From Eledone cirrhosa (lineage: Eukaryota), in NCBI GenBank assembly GCA_964016885.1, contig OZ024756.1, positions 18,228,001 to 18,292,000 on the forward strand: 64,000 nt of DNA. Direction: 5' to 3'. The position numbers and the translations under genes were made by a program. The notes under the pieces were generated by a model, which was not told where the DNA came from, did no database searches, and saw only the letters and a program-made list of their open reading frames with translations. The first letter of the stretch is position 1; every line of letters starts with the position of its first letter. This document shows, piece by piece, positions 13,101-25,995 of the stretch.

Positions 13101-14198
13101 TATATATATATATAATCCCTTCTCCCTATACGCTAAACAGCTACTCCACCCTCCCATTAGCACTCCCCACCATCTACCCTCACCACTACTGCACCCACCA
13201 CATATGCTCCCAACAAAACCACTCAACAACTACCTCTAACGACCTTATATACCCTCACCATTGCACCCTAGTAACTACTCTCTCTACCCCTTGTTCATCC
13301 ATCACCACTACCTCATACCTCCCCCCCTCCCTTGCTATCTCTCCAGCACGAACCACCACTCCCTTCTCTATCGAGCACATCCCCCACACCACTACATCTC
13401 CTCTCCCTACACACTAACCAGCAACTCCTACCTCTTACTCACCCCTTACCTATTCTCTCCATCACGCCCCCACCCACCCCGTATTGACCACACCTCTCAC
13501 ACCAATGCATCCCCATACACTAATCAACCATCCCTACCATTTACTCACCACCCTGCCAAATCCCCACATTCACCTATAACTTTATACCCATCTCCATCCC
13601 CTATTGCCTCCCCTCTTCAGAGCTGAGAGGGCTCTACAGCTGTTTCTGTAGGGCCACGAAAATACACCCAGTACATTCCATAAGGGTGGGTGGCTACAGG
13701 AAGGGCACCCCACTGCAGAAACCATGTGTAAAAGGGTTGGGAGGACCCTTTAGTTGTATCAATGACACAACAACCTCTCTAGTGTTGGTGATCTAAACAA
13801 TAAACGCACCCAGTACATGCTGTAAAGTGGTTGGTGATAGGAAGGGCATCCAGGCAGAGAAAGTTTGCCAAACAAAAGGTTGGGAGGACCCTTTAGTTGT
13901 GTCAAAGATATGGCAGCCTCTCTAATGCTGGTGATCTACACAATAGAAGCACCCAGGACACACTGTAAGGGGGTTGGTGTTAAGAAGGCCATCCAGCCAA
14001 ACAAGAGATAGGGAGAACCGTTCAGTTTGTGTCAAAAGACACAACTTCTCCTGTGCACTCAATAGAATGTATGACTATATGTAAGTGGGATACAGACCCC
14101 TCGGCAGGTCTAGGAGGTCAATAGCTCCACTTCAGTACTTACTTGGTCTATGTAGACACAAACAACCCTTGCTAGCAGGGAAAGCTGAACTTAAATGA

Positions 14199-14241
<43 letters not shown>

Positions 14242-14554
14242 ATAAAGATCCTATAACAATTAAGACATGAGAGTTCAAAACGAAGTAAATAAAAAGTGAA
14301 AAAAAGAAACACAAGATAGAGAAAACATATGCACAAAAACATAAATTGTGTGTGTACAGTGGAAATATTTACGCCAAATAGAAAGAGAAGCAATGATTTG
14401 ACGTTTCGGATTTAAACAATTTATCAAAGTGGAGAAGAAGAAGAAAAGAAGAAGAAATAAGAAAAAATGTTATAACAATACCAAGATTGAGATCAGATGT
14501 GGTTTTAATGTCTTCATCTTGCTGAATGTGTACAGCAGGGTCCACGTCACTCCT

Positions 14555-16680
14555 TTACACTGCGTATAGTTTGATGTTGAGTACAGCTGCGTCACCTTCA
14601 CTCCTTTATTATGAGTATAGCTGTGTTGGTTCCTTGATGTTAAGTACAGCTGGGTCAACTTTCACTCCTTTATTCTGAGTATAGCTTTATGTTGAGTATA
14701 GCTGGGTGAACTTCACTCCTTTATTCTGAGTACAGCTTTATGTTGAGTATAGATGGGTGAATTTCACTCCTTTATTCTGAGTATAGCTTTATGTTGAGTA
14801 TAGCTGGGTGAACTTCACTCCTTTATTCTGAGTATAGCTTTATGTTGAGTATAGATGAGTGAACTTCACTCCTTTATTCTGAGTATAGCTTTGTGTTGAG
14901 TATAGCTGGGTGAACTTCACTCCTTTATTCTGAGTATAGCTTTATGTTGAGTATAGCTGGGTGAACTTCACTCCTTTATTCTGAGTACAGCTTTATGTTG
15001 AGTATAGATGGGTGAATTTCACTCCTTTATTCTGAGTATAGCTTTATGTTGAGTATAGCTGGGTGAACTTCACTCCTTTATTCTGAGTATAGCTTTATGT
15101 TGAGTATAGATGGGTGAATTTCACTCCTTTATTCTGAGTATAGCTTTATGTTCAGTATAGCTGGGTGAACTTCACTCCTTTATTCTGAGTATAGCTTTAT
15201 GTTGAGTATAGATGAGTGAACTTCACTCCTTTATTCTGAGTATAGCTTTGTGTTGAGTATAGCTGGGTTAACTTCACTCCTTTATTCTGAGTATAGCTTT
15301 ATGTTGAGTATAGCTGGGTGAACTTCACTCCTTTATTCTGAGTATAGCTTTATGTTGAGTATAGATGGGTGAACTTCACTCCTTTATTCTGAGTATAGCT
15401 TTTGTTGAGTATAGCTGGGTCAACTTTCACTCCTTTATTCTCTGAGTATAGCTTTGTGTTGAGTATAGCTGGGTTAACTTCACTCTTTTATTCTGAGTAT
15501 AGCTTTATGTTGAGTATAGCTGGGTGAACTTCACTCCTTTATTCTGAGTATAGCTTTGTGTTGAGTATAGCTGGGTGAACTTCACTCCTTTATTCTGAGT
15601 ATAGCTTTGTGTTGAGTATAGCTGGGTGAACTTCACTCCTTTATTCTGAGTATAGCTTTATGTTGAGTATAGCTGGGGTGAACTTCACTCCTTTATTCTG
15701 AGTATAGCTTTATGTTGAGTATAGCTGGGTGAACTTCACTCCTTTATTCTGAGTATAGCTTTATGTTGAGTATAGCTGGGTGAACTTCACTCCTTTATTC
15801 TGAGTATAACTTTATGTTGAGTATAGATGGGTGAACTTCACTCCTTTATTCTGAGTATAGCTTTTGTTGAGTATAGCTGGGTAAACTTTCACTCCTTTAT
15901 TCTGAGTATAGCTTCGTGTTGAGTATAGCTGGGTGAACTTCACTCCTTTATTCTGAGTATAGCTTTATGTTGAGTATAGATGGGTGAACTTCACTCCTTT
16001 ATTCTGAGTATAGCTTTATGTTGAGTATAGCTGGGTGAACTTCACTCCTTTATTCTGAGTATAGCTTTATGTTGAGTATAGCTGGGTGAACTTCACTCCT
16101 TTATTCTGAGTATAGCTTTGTGTTGAGTATAGCTGAGTCAACTTCACTCCTTTATTCTGAGTATAGCTTTGTGTTGAGTATAGCTGGGTTAACTTCACTT
16201 CTTTATTCTGAGTATAGCTTTATGTTGAGTATAGCTGGGTGAACTTCACTCCTTTATTCTGAGTATAACTTTATGTTGAGTATAGATGGGTGAACTTCAC
16301 TCCTTTATTCTGAGTATAGCTTTATGTTGAGTATAGCTGGGTGAACTTCACTCCTTTATTCTGAGTATAGCTTTGTGTTGAGTATAGCTGGGTTAACATC
16401 ACTCCTTTATTCTGAGTATAGCTTTGTGTTGAGTATAGCTGGGTTAACATCATTCCTTTATTCTGAGTATAACTTTGTGTTGAGTATAGCTGGGTTAACA
16501 TCACTCCTTTATTCTGCGTATAGCTGGGTGAACTTCACTCCTTTACTCTGAGTATAGCTGTGTTGGTTCCTTGATGTTGAGTATAACTGGGTTAACTTCA
16601 TTCCTTTACATCGTGTATAGCTGTAGAGGTTAATTTATACTGAGTACAGCTGAGTAGCTTCCACTCTTTTACATTGAGTA
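14555..16680. repeat. 51-bp minisatellite, ~36 homogeneous units plus diverged edge units
   Basis: Unit TTCACTCCTTTATTCTGAGTATAGCTTTATGTTGAGTATAGCTGGGTGAAC. Confidence 0.97.
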
Positions 16681-17714
16681 CAATTGATTCTGTTGAAATA
16701 TCACTTGACATTTGACATCGTTTTCATCAAGAGGGCTCACCTCCTCACTGTCCATAGTTTTCCACCTAGAAAGAAAAGTATTTTCTCTTTTAAATCTTTC
16801 TGATCTAAAATAATGTAAAGTTAGGGAACAAGACAACACCATGAAATATGGTTTGTGCTATTGTTGGTTGATGTTTAGTGTCTCCCAGACAAAACCCTAC
16901 TGCAGGCTTCATACCTTGCAAGAGGCAGACACCACACCGAAGGTATAACATTACGACAGGCCACACCATAGCACACCTACACCTTGACTCTACTACAGAC
17001 CACACCACACCACAGCACAGCACTCCAAACTACACCACACCACACCAGACTACACCCACACCACACCACAACACACCACAACCACCACAGCACAACACAG
17101 CACAGCACAACACAGCACAGCACAGCACAGCACACTACACCACTCCACACTAGTACAGGCCACACCACACCACACCACACCACACTATTGCAAGTCTTGC
17201 AGCAGATGGCCAACCTCATCTTCTCAGGCTCTCATACCAAGCAGACCCCTAATCAAAAAACATTCCAGTTGTGACCATCCCATTTTTTGAGGGGTGTCTA
17301 TAAAATGACTGTAGAAAGGTGATTTGACAGATGTTTCTAGAAAGTCGAGCTCCCTAATGAGAAAGACTACATTTAGTCAGTCATTTAGGCTACACTATCT
17401 GTCGGTCATTTAGCCAAATTTTCAGTTGTATAAATAACATTATAAATATATGAAGGATAGACGTTGTTTATTTTAAAAATAAAATGTAGTAAGAAAAAAT
17501 GAAAAAAAGCGGGAAACAAAAGGAAAGAAAGAATAGGGAAATATAGAAAAAAAGAGAGAGAAGAAAGAAAAAAACGAACGGGAAGGGGAGGGTATCGCAA
17601 GAGCTCTGGCGTCGCATGAGAGGGGAGGGGGGAGGGGGATTGGGCTTTGGGCCTAGGGCAAGAGAGCAGAAGTGCTGCGCACCGCTGACAAGACGACAAA
17701 AGCATTCCCAGACG

Positions 17715-17823
17715 ATGGCCAGTGACACCTGCTGCAACAGCTACTCAACCTCACGGGGCTCCCTCCTCAGACGGGCCGCCGACGCTCCGAACTTGTGGGT
17801 GAGCTCGGCAGTACGGGGTCCAG
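17715..17823 (+). CDS. Putative first exon of an unannotated gene (MASDTCC...VRGP-G)
   Basis: Lies in the CpG-rich island ~17575-17830; Kozak acgATGG; donor CAG|gtacgc (alternative donor TGG|gtgagc at 17798/17799). No homology recognised. Confidence 0.35.
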
Positions 17824-18109
17824 GTACGCCTTGTTCACAATTCTTTCAGAATGAAAATATAAACACGTGTTTTAGTTTACAACGATAAAGATTTAAAGTG
17901 AAAATAGTTGTAAAAACATAACCCTGCCCTCGGCCCAGACTCCATCACCCTCTCCCCTTCCTCCTTTTCTTCTGTGGACCAACAGTCCTTGCTTTTTCCC
18001 TCCCTTTTCTTTCATTTATGGCATTTATAGTCCTTTCCTCTACTTTCCCACACAGCCTTTCTTTACCCTTTCCTCTTTTCTCATTACTTAATTTTGTTTT
18101 TATCTTTCT

Positions 18110-18430
18110 TTCTCATGTGTCTAACACACGTGGGCATGCCCACAAAGTAAGAAAACAGCACAGTTCCCATGACTTTCGGAAACATTTTTTCACGCTCAGA
18201 GTTGCTGAAGCATGGAACAAACTACCTGCATCAGTTGTTAGCTGTCGAGACACTGCATCCTTTAAGGCCTCCATGCTTCCCGAGATCCGCCAACACTACA
18301 GCTAACACATACACACATGTACTTCCCTGACATTTGTGTATTATTCTATGTACTATACATACACCTCTGACGAGTTGTAGTGCACCTGAGCACTTTACAC
18401 AATCATTTCATTATTATTATTATTATTATA
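18110..18430 (+). mobile_element. CR1-type LINE 3' end
   Basis: TRGH..K......RKHFFTLRV..AWNKLP..VV....SFK motif with an (ATT)n tail. A short UTR copy recurs at ~33968-34010. Confidence 0.85.
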
Positions 18431-19484
18431 TAATTATGTAATAATTGTTTCTACTTTTGACACAAGGCCAGCAATACCCCAGTACATTACTGGTACTTTA
18501 TTTCATCGACCTCCGTAAGGATGAAAGGCAAAGTTAACCTCGGCGGGATTTGAACTCAGAACGTAAAGAGCCATAACTCTATGTCGCAAGGCATGGCGTC
18601 TGACGCTCTACCGATACTGCCAATCCAACGCCGAAAATTCGCAGTATTGGAGTGAAGACTTTAAATCATGTAATAATTACGTTGTGTTTTATTGTAAATA
18701 ATTGTTTCTACTTTTGGCACAAGGCCAGCAATTACCTAGTGCATTTCTGGTACTTTATTTCATCGACCCCGTAAGGATGAAAGGCAAAGTTAAACTCAGC
18801 GGGATTTGAACTCAGAATGGCAAGGGCCGTAACTCTATGCGTCAAAGTATGGTGTCCGACCCTCTAACAATATACTGCCAATCCACGTTTTATTGTAAAT
18901 AATGCAAGTGTCTTTTATGGTTATGAAAACGGAAAAGGAAAAAAAGGCAAGGGCTCTAGGGGGGGGGGGGGGGGGGGATCTCTAGGCCGAGGGCGCGGCG
19001 GTGTTGGGACCAACTTGTGAATTACAAAATTGCTTACCGATAAAAAAAAAAGGCAATATTGCCAATGCTTATTTCACACACATCATCGCCATCTTCACCA
19101 TCGTGGTACGCATCTCATCGAATGAATGATAATTTGCTCTGCCATATACATGTATCAAAAACCTTTAAAAACCATCCCGATACCTTCTAAAGCAGCGAGA
19201 TTAACATTTTCAGTCCCGTAACTTAGCGGGCCGATATGTATTAAAGAAGACCGTTAGACCATCAATGGCCATTTTTTTAATCATTTGTTTTCATTGTTAA
19301 TTTAATTTTTTTGTTGTTGGTTACATAAATAAGCATTCAAACACACGTGCGAAAATTACGTATGTGCGTACTCATGTGTAAGTGTGTATATGCGTGCGTG
19401 TTTTTCTGGTGCAAGGGACATAACTCTAATGTATATTTACTCTTAACATCCTTATCGTGTCCACAAGAGTGTCGGCTACAAAGC

Positions 19485-19745
19485 TTGGCTAGATGTGGTT
19501 CCGCCATAGCTGAACACATTGCTGCCCTTTCTCATTAAACTCTGCCAAGTCCAATGCTGTGTAGGGGTGTTCCAGCAGGGGGCATATCAGGAGGTGCTGC
19601 GTAGTCTGTGGTTAGATGCAGCAATCACACACAACGTCCCCATCTTTTAAATATTCCCATTTTGCAAGAGTGACTTTTGCACGACCAACACCAGATCTTA
19701 ATCTGTTGAGAGATTTCCACACTGCATAGTTTGTATCTGCTCCGG
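19485..19745 (-). mobile_element. Ingi/Vingi-like LINE C-terminal fragment
   Basis: Manual translation GADTNYAVWKSLNRLRSGVGRAKVTLAKW...CDCCI*PQTTQHLLICP matches the W..LNRLR.G.GR...KW...C.C...QT..H...CP zinc-knuckle end. Confidence 0.75.
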
Positions 19746-20179
19746 GGGGGGGGGGGGGGGGGAGTGCCACGTTCGCCTTTAGCTCCATTATTGTTACAGA
19801 TGAGAGGTTGTTAAGTTATTTATTCTTCCCGGATTTAGCAGAAAATATCTATAAAAAACAATAGATGTTTGTTAATTCAAATGTTTATAGTATCTTTACT
19901 AGAGACCAGATTGTTATGAAAATTCGCAGAATTGGAGTAAAGACTTTAACTCTTACTGTGATGCTGTATTGTATTTTTAAGAATGCCTTGTTTATGCAAT
20001 TTCGTGTGGTACCGAATGTTAAAAAGTTAAACATTGTCAATTAAAAACAAATGAATATTTAGTTTTGTGTAGTAAAGAGTTGAGCTTCTGTACCATTGTA
20101 GGTTACAAGAAACAGTGAGGCTGAATCAGTATTTGAGGCGTTAACAGTCTTAAACCTGCAAATCTCATTTCACATGCGA

Positions 20180-20362
20180 TATTGGCAGTATCGGTAGAGA
20201 GTCGGACGCCATGCTTTCCAGCATAGTTACGTCCTCCCTTTACAGTCTGAGTTCAAATCCCGCCGAGGTTAACTTTGCCTTTCATCCTTACGGGGTCGAT
20301 AAAATAAAGTACCAGTAATGTACTGGGTAATTGATGGCCTTGTGCCAAAAGTAGAAACAATT
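20180..20362 (+). mobile_element. Second high-copy tRNA-like SINE (representative; about 20 copies or fragments, e.g. 92-275, 18445-18890, 21245-21395, 36660-38760, 40815-40980, 49180-49825, 50508-51110, 52560-52730, 55000-55155, 60954-61055)
   Basis: ATTGGCAG.ATCGGTAGAG head, GAGTTCAAATCCCGCCGAGG B-box region and conserved core CTTTCATCCTTACGGGGTCGATAAAATAAAGTACCAGT. Confidence 0.85.
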
Positions 20363-20636
20363 AAATCTCTCTCTATATATAAACGAAAATCTCTGTCTAT
20401 ATGCAGGCGATGCATTTCCACTGTTTCCATCCGATTTTGTTCAAATTTGATACATAGGTTATTTAGCTCCCATAGCATGTCAACATATAGTTTAAATCTT
20501 TCTCTCCCCTAAAATAACAGAGTACTGGGGCTATTTAAAGACGGGCATGTTGAGGAGAGAGGGTGTCCTTTATTTACAGTGGTGAAAGGTGTGCCCGGCA
20601 ACGATGGGTTCTTTTGCTAATATTAAATAAACTAAT

Positions 20637-20832
20637 TTTGTCCAGCCAGTGACGTTCGAAATGCTTGGTGGGAGCTAGTTCACTGACAACGAATTTCTTG
20701 TCGTTGATGCCAAATCGCCTTACCGAGGTATCAAGAGATGCCTGCGAGGATGCTTGGTTATTCCAGCACCTTAGACTCGCTACCACCCGCGGCAATAATG
20801 CGAGTGTGTTGGCTAGCCTCAAAATCTATTAG
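20637..20832 (+). mobile_element. CRE-like non-LTR element, restriction-like endonuclease C-terminal fragment
   Basis: Manual translation FVQPVTFEMLGG/(frameshift)..FLSLMPNRLTEVSRDACEDAWLFQHLRLATTRGNNASVLASL resembles the P...E..G...FLFQRLS.A.QRGNA..VL consensus. Confidence 0.65.
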
Positions 20833-20969
20833 AGGGGCGTTCCAGTGGCCCCTTTTTGCGGTCTTTGTGTGATTGAGTGTGCGCTTCTTCCCCCTTTTTT
20901 GCTATTTTTTTCTGCTTTATTATTCCACTCCTTCTTTTATTTGAGTGTTATATATACCTCTTGTCACGA

Positions 20970-21202
20970 CAAGATCTTCAGGGGTTGCCAAGATTGTCCT
21001 TCAGGGGACAGTGCAAGGAGGGAGGAAGAGAGGCAGACAGGGAAAGAGATGGGAGGACAATATCTCGGAATGGACAGGCATAAGGCTGGGTGCAATCATG
21101 AGGAAGGCGGAGAGGCGAGAGGAATGGAAGGAGCTGGTTGCCAGGTCATCTGTGGCGTCCTAACGGTCCAATAGACTACAGGACAGATAAGATGAGATGA
21201 GA
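20970..21202 (+). mobile_element. RTE (BovB-like subgroup) 3' end
   Basis: KIVLQGTVQGGRKRGRQGKRWEDNISEWTG motif and (GATGA)n tail. Confidence 0.85.
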
Positions 21203-21571
21203 TATACTTCACATAATTGCAATGCCCTTGTGTTATAATTATTTGCTTTGACGCATAGAGTTACGGCCCTTGCCATTCTGAGTTCAAATCCCGCCGAGGT
21301 TAACTTTACCTTTCATCCTTACGGGGTCGATAAAATAAAGTACCAGTAATACACTGGGTATTTGCTGGCCTTGTGCCAAAAGTAGAAACAATTATGTGCA
21401 AGACAAATTGTTTTACACTAGACCAAAAATATGAGGAGTAGAAGCAAGGAGAAAACACCAATGAACCGCTGAGTGAAATCTCGCAAACTTATCATTCATC
21501 AAGGGACATAACTCTTCATTACTCATAAGACGCGCGCGCGAACATACGTAAACACAAACATAAAGTCAGAC

Positions 21572-21610
<39 letters not shown>

Positions 21611-21815
21611 GAGAAATACACACATACACACACACACACATATAGAGACAGACATACAGACAGACATACAGAGACACACACAGACAGACATACAGAGACA
21701 CATACATATGCAAACACACACAAACGCACGCACACACACACATATATAGGCAGATACACACGCACACACACAGAAACACATACATACAAACAGACAGAGA
21801 CACGCGCGTTTTTGA

Positions 21816-21851
<36 letters not shown>

Positions 21852-21970
21852 AACCAACAACAAAAACAACAACAGACGCAGCCATTGAAGGCGAAACGGC
21901 TATTGTAGTTACTCAACGGCCCGCTAAGTTCGGGAGAGTTTTATAACAAAGCTCAGTTGTTTTTGCTCAG

Positions 21971-22046
21971 GTGAAGATCATCCAGATTCTTTTCAAGCTG
22001 TTATTAAGTGTCAAATAAATACAGCAGAGAGGAACACATCTTTCTG
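21971..22046 (+). CDS. Putative internal exon (76 nt) of the unannotated gene
   Basis: Acceptor gttgtttttgctcag and donor CTG|gtaacg in non-repetitive sequence. Open in the phase left by the 17823 donor: (G)EDHPDSFQAVIKCQINTAERNTSF(C). Confidence 0.4.
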
Positions 22047-22190
22047 GTAACGTTTTCACCATTCTGATTATAACAATGATGATGCTAATATTATTGATGT
22101 TGTTGATGGTGATTAGTGTGGAACAATATTTGTTGACCATGCGTTTATGCCGGTAAATTATTTCTAAGGTTATTTTCACCTCAAATTGTG

Positions 22191-22221
<31 letters not shown>

Positions 22222-22246
22222 ATGTATATATATATATATATGTATA

Positions 22247-22315
<69 letters not shown>

Positions 22316-22459
22316 TGAACCTACAGTAACTGGATGTTACATTCTCTCTCTATATATAAAATACTATATATGGGTTTTTTTCTCTGAAGATCTTCTGCTG
22401 TCCAGATCTCCTGAGAGTTTCTTACCATATATATATATATGTATATATGTATATATATG

Positions 22460-22539
<80 letters not shown>

Positions 22540-22611
22540 GAATCCCTGATGATTTCTCCCGAATGAAACAGTTCTAGTCCTGTAGAAGCCTTTCTATATT
22601 ATATATATGTA

Positions 22612-22683
<72 letters not shown>

Positions 22684-22879
22684 AATTTTAACGGAAATAA
22701 CAAAGCAAACGACACAGTACGATGAAGAAATATATTTGTTTAACGATCATCATCATCATCATCATCATTTAACGTCCATTTTCCAGCTACCATGGGTTAG
22801 ACGAGTTGTCCTGTCGTGGGACAAGTCAGATCAGATAACCGTGTCTTGCTCATACAGATTTTGGATTTTGCCTAATACC

Positions 22880-23430
22880 AACCATAGGTGCTTTTTATCG
22901 TGATACCAAAACGACCACCTTAGAGGGTGGACTGGGTGGCTTTGTTGTGTCACCAGCACCGCCACTTTACAGGGTGAACTGGGTGTTTTTTTGTTGTATT
23001 ACCAACACGGCCACTTTACCGGGTGGACTGGATGCTTTTTGTTGTCATCAACACAACTACTTTACAGAGTGGCCTGGGTGCTTATTGCCATGTCATCACA
23101 CGACCACTTTACAGGGTGGACTGGGTGCTTATTTGTCACGTCAATAACATGACCACTTTACAGGGTGGACTTGGTGCTTTTTGTTGTCATCAACACAACT
23201 ACTTTACAGAGTGGCCTGGGTGCTTATTGCCATGTCATCACACGACCACTTTACAGGGTGGACTGGGTGCTTATTGCCATATCATCACACGACCACTTTA
23301 CAGGGTGGACTGGGTGCTTATTTGTCACGTCAATAACATGACCACTTTACAGGGTGGACTGGGTGCTTATTGCCATGTCATCACACGACCACTTTACAGG
23401 GTGGACTTGGTGCTTTTTGGTCATGTCACC
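22880..23430. repeat. ~46-47-bp minisatellite derived from the same RTE/SINE tail module
   Basis: Repeated CCACTTTACAGGGTGGACTGGGTGCTT. Confidence 0.88.
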
Positions 23431-23680
23431 GTACAAAAGTAGAACAAGATTTGGTATCAATCTTTCATTTTTATATATTTGTTCTTCTTTTATTGGTTTC
23501 AGTCATAACTTGAGGTTGTTCCAGTGACAACCCTGTCCGAGAGAAAGAAAAGGGGAGAAAGGATGAAGGTGAAAGAGAGAGGGAGAGAAAGAGAATGAAT
23601 GAAAGAAGGAAAATCACAGAGAGGGGGGGGGGGTTAGAAAGACATACATACATGCATACATACATACATACATACATACA

Positions 23681-24853
23681 TGGTGGCTGCCAACTCGTTT
23701 TCGAGTACGGCCACTACTTTATATCCATGTAGGAGAACCCCTACCGATGCGCTGAACGAGTGTGACTTTTTAGTTCAGCCAGCGACTTGAAAACTCTGGT
23801 ACAAACACTACACTTGTGACAATTATTGACACATAGTGTTGGGCCCATGGTACCATGTGACGACAAGTGTAGAGAGATCTCCAGATATAAAGCAATGCCT
23901 GTGCCGTGAAGCTTTTATAGTGAGCAAAGGCACTGCACAAAGCTAGTCCCACTCTCTTAACCAAGATGATAGTTACCAAAAAGAACAAGTCAACATCATT
24001 GGACACCATCAGGGTTGCAGGTGTTATATCAGAGTTTTCCTTCTCCTAGAACCTAGAATTATGCCTTGACAAAGGCTAAGGGGTCATCTCTCCCGGTGAT
24101 TTTGGATGGCCATTGACTCGTAAGAGCTCCTTTGCCCATACATACATACATACATACATACATACATACATACATACATACATACATACATACATACATA
24201 CATACATACATACATACATACGTACATACATACATGGTGGCTGCCAACTCGTTTTCGAGTACGGCCACTACTTTATATCCATGTAGAAGAACTCCTACCG
24301 ATGCGCTGAACAAGTGTGACTTTTTAGTCCAGCCAGCGACTTGAAAACTCTGGTACAAACACTACACCTGTGACAATTATTGACACATAGTGCTTGTACC
24401 ATGGTACCATGTGATGACAAGTGCAGAGAGATCTCTAGATATAAAGCAATGCCTGTGTCGTGAAGCTTTTATAGTGAGAAAAGGCACTGCACAAAGCCAG
24501 TCCCACTCTCTTAACCAAGATGATAGTTACCAAAAAGAAGAACAAGTCAACATCATTGGATACCATCAGGGTTGCAGGTGTTATATCAGAGTTTTCCTTC
24601 TCCTAGAATTCTGCCTTGACAAAGGCTAAGGGGTCATCTCTCCCGGTGATTTTGGATGGCCATTGACTCTTAAGAGCTCCTTTGCCCTTTGACAGGTTTT
24701 GTTTTTAGTCCTGCAGGATGTCCAAAGTCACCCTCCTCACCAAGAAACCTTGGTGGGGTTGCCAGTTTAGTCGCCAATGACCCGACCATGGGACAGGTTG
24801 TACTGGGATACATGTTACCAGTAGCACCAACATACATACATACATACATACAT

Positions 24854-24916
<63 letters not shown>

Positions 24917-25995
24917 TGCATGCATGCATGCATGAGGATTGCAGTGTCTTCACAGACGATTGCCATCTCTTTTTGATTCTTCGTTCTTATCCCATCTGCG
25001 TCCATGACTTCGCAGACCAACTGTAAATCTGCATGATTTACGACAAAGGTGACAGGAGAGAGCTGTGCTTTCCACACGACCGGTGGGGTCACCCTATGGG
25101 GCACAATCTTTATGTACCACCATGTGTTTTTTTTAGTCCGGAACCCGCTTGGACCAAAGTATGACTGAACTTGGATTTATGGACAAAGAGCGCAGCTCCC
25201 TAATTCATAGACTACAAATGGCCGCGATATCTGGCACCTTCAAAATTTGCAAAACATTCTTGCGATTCAAGGGATGACAATTTCTTTTCTTTTACAGCCT
25301 TGCCACCAGGAAGGTGGCCGGTCAAAAATGTACTCGAAATTAAGAGAAAGAGAACGAACATACATACATACATACATACATACATACATACATACATACA
25401 TACATACATACATACATACATACGTACATACATACATGGTGGCTGCCAACTCGTTTTCGAGTACGGCCACTACTTTATATCCATGTAGGAGAACCCCTAC
25501 TGATGCGCTGAACGAGTGTGACTTTTTAGTCCAGCCAGCGACTTGAAAACTCTGGTACAAACACTACACTTGTGACAATTATTGACACATAGTGTTGGGC
25601 CCATGGTACCATGTGACGACAAGTGCAGAGAGATCTCCAGATATAAAGCAATGCCTGTGCCGTGAAGCTTTTATAGTGAGCAAAGGCACTGCACAAAGCC
25701 AGTCCCACTCTCTTAACCAAGATGATATTTACCAAAAAGAAGAACAAGTCAACATCATTGGATACCATCAGGGTTGCAGGTGTTATATCAGAGTTTTCCT
25801 TCTCCTAGAATTCTGCCTTGACAAAGGCTAAGGGGTCATCTCTCCCGGTGATTTTGGATGGCCATTGACTCTTAAGAGCTCCTTTGCCCTTTGACAGGTT
25901 TTGTTTTTAGTCCTGCAGGATGTCCAAAGTCACCCTCCTCACCAAGAAACCTTGGTGGGGTTGCCAGTTTAGTCGCCAACGACCCGACCATGAGA
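23681..25995 (-). mobile_element. Three tandem copies of a (TATG)n-tailed non-autonomous retroelement (23681-24136, 24235-24830, 25437-25993)
   Basis: Near-identical 450-600-bp units separated by (CATA)n. They carry CTAGGAGAAGGAAAACTCTGA, typical of RTE 5' UTRs. A diverged inverted copy lies at ~27241-27680. Confidence 0.7.
25140..25350 (+). mobile_element. Dong/R4-clade LINE C-terminal fragment
   Basis: Manual translation LDQSMTELGFMDKERSSLIHRLQMAAISGTFKICKTFLRFKG* (stop 25275-25277) resembles the R4/Dong LQ..AI.GT.KI.K.F end. Confidence 0.6.

Noticed and set aside
14555-16680. 51-bp array as a CRISPR array or intact repeat-protein CDS
   Set aside because: No unique spacers, eukaryotic context, no cas genes; the consensus unit has stops in all six frames.
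18959-19762. Long G homopolymers as functional G-quadruplexes (also C runs at ~40283 and ~46127)
   Set aside because: Most are slippage expansions inside TE copies, homopolymer length is error-prone, and there is no functional evidence.
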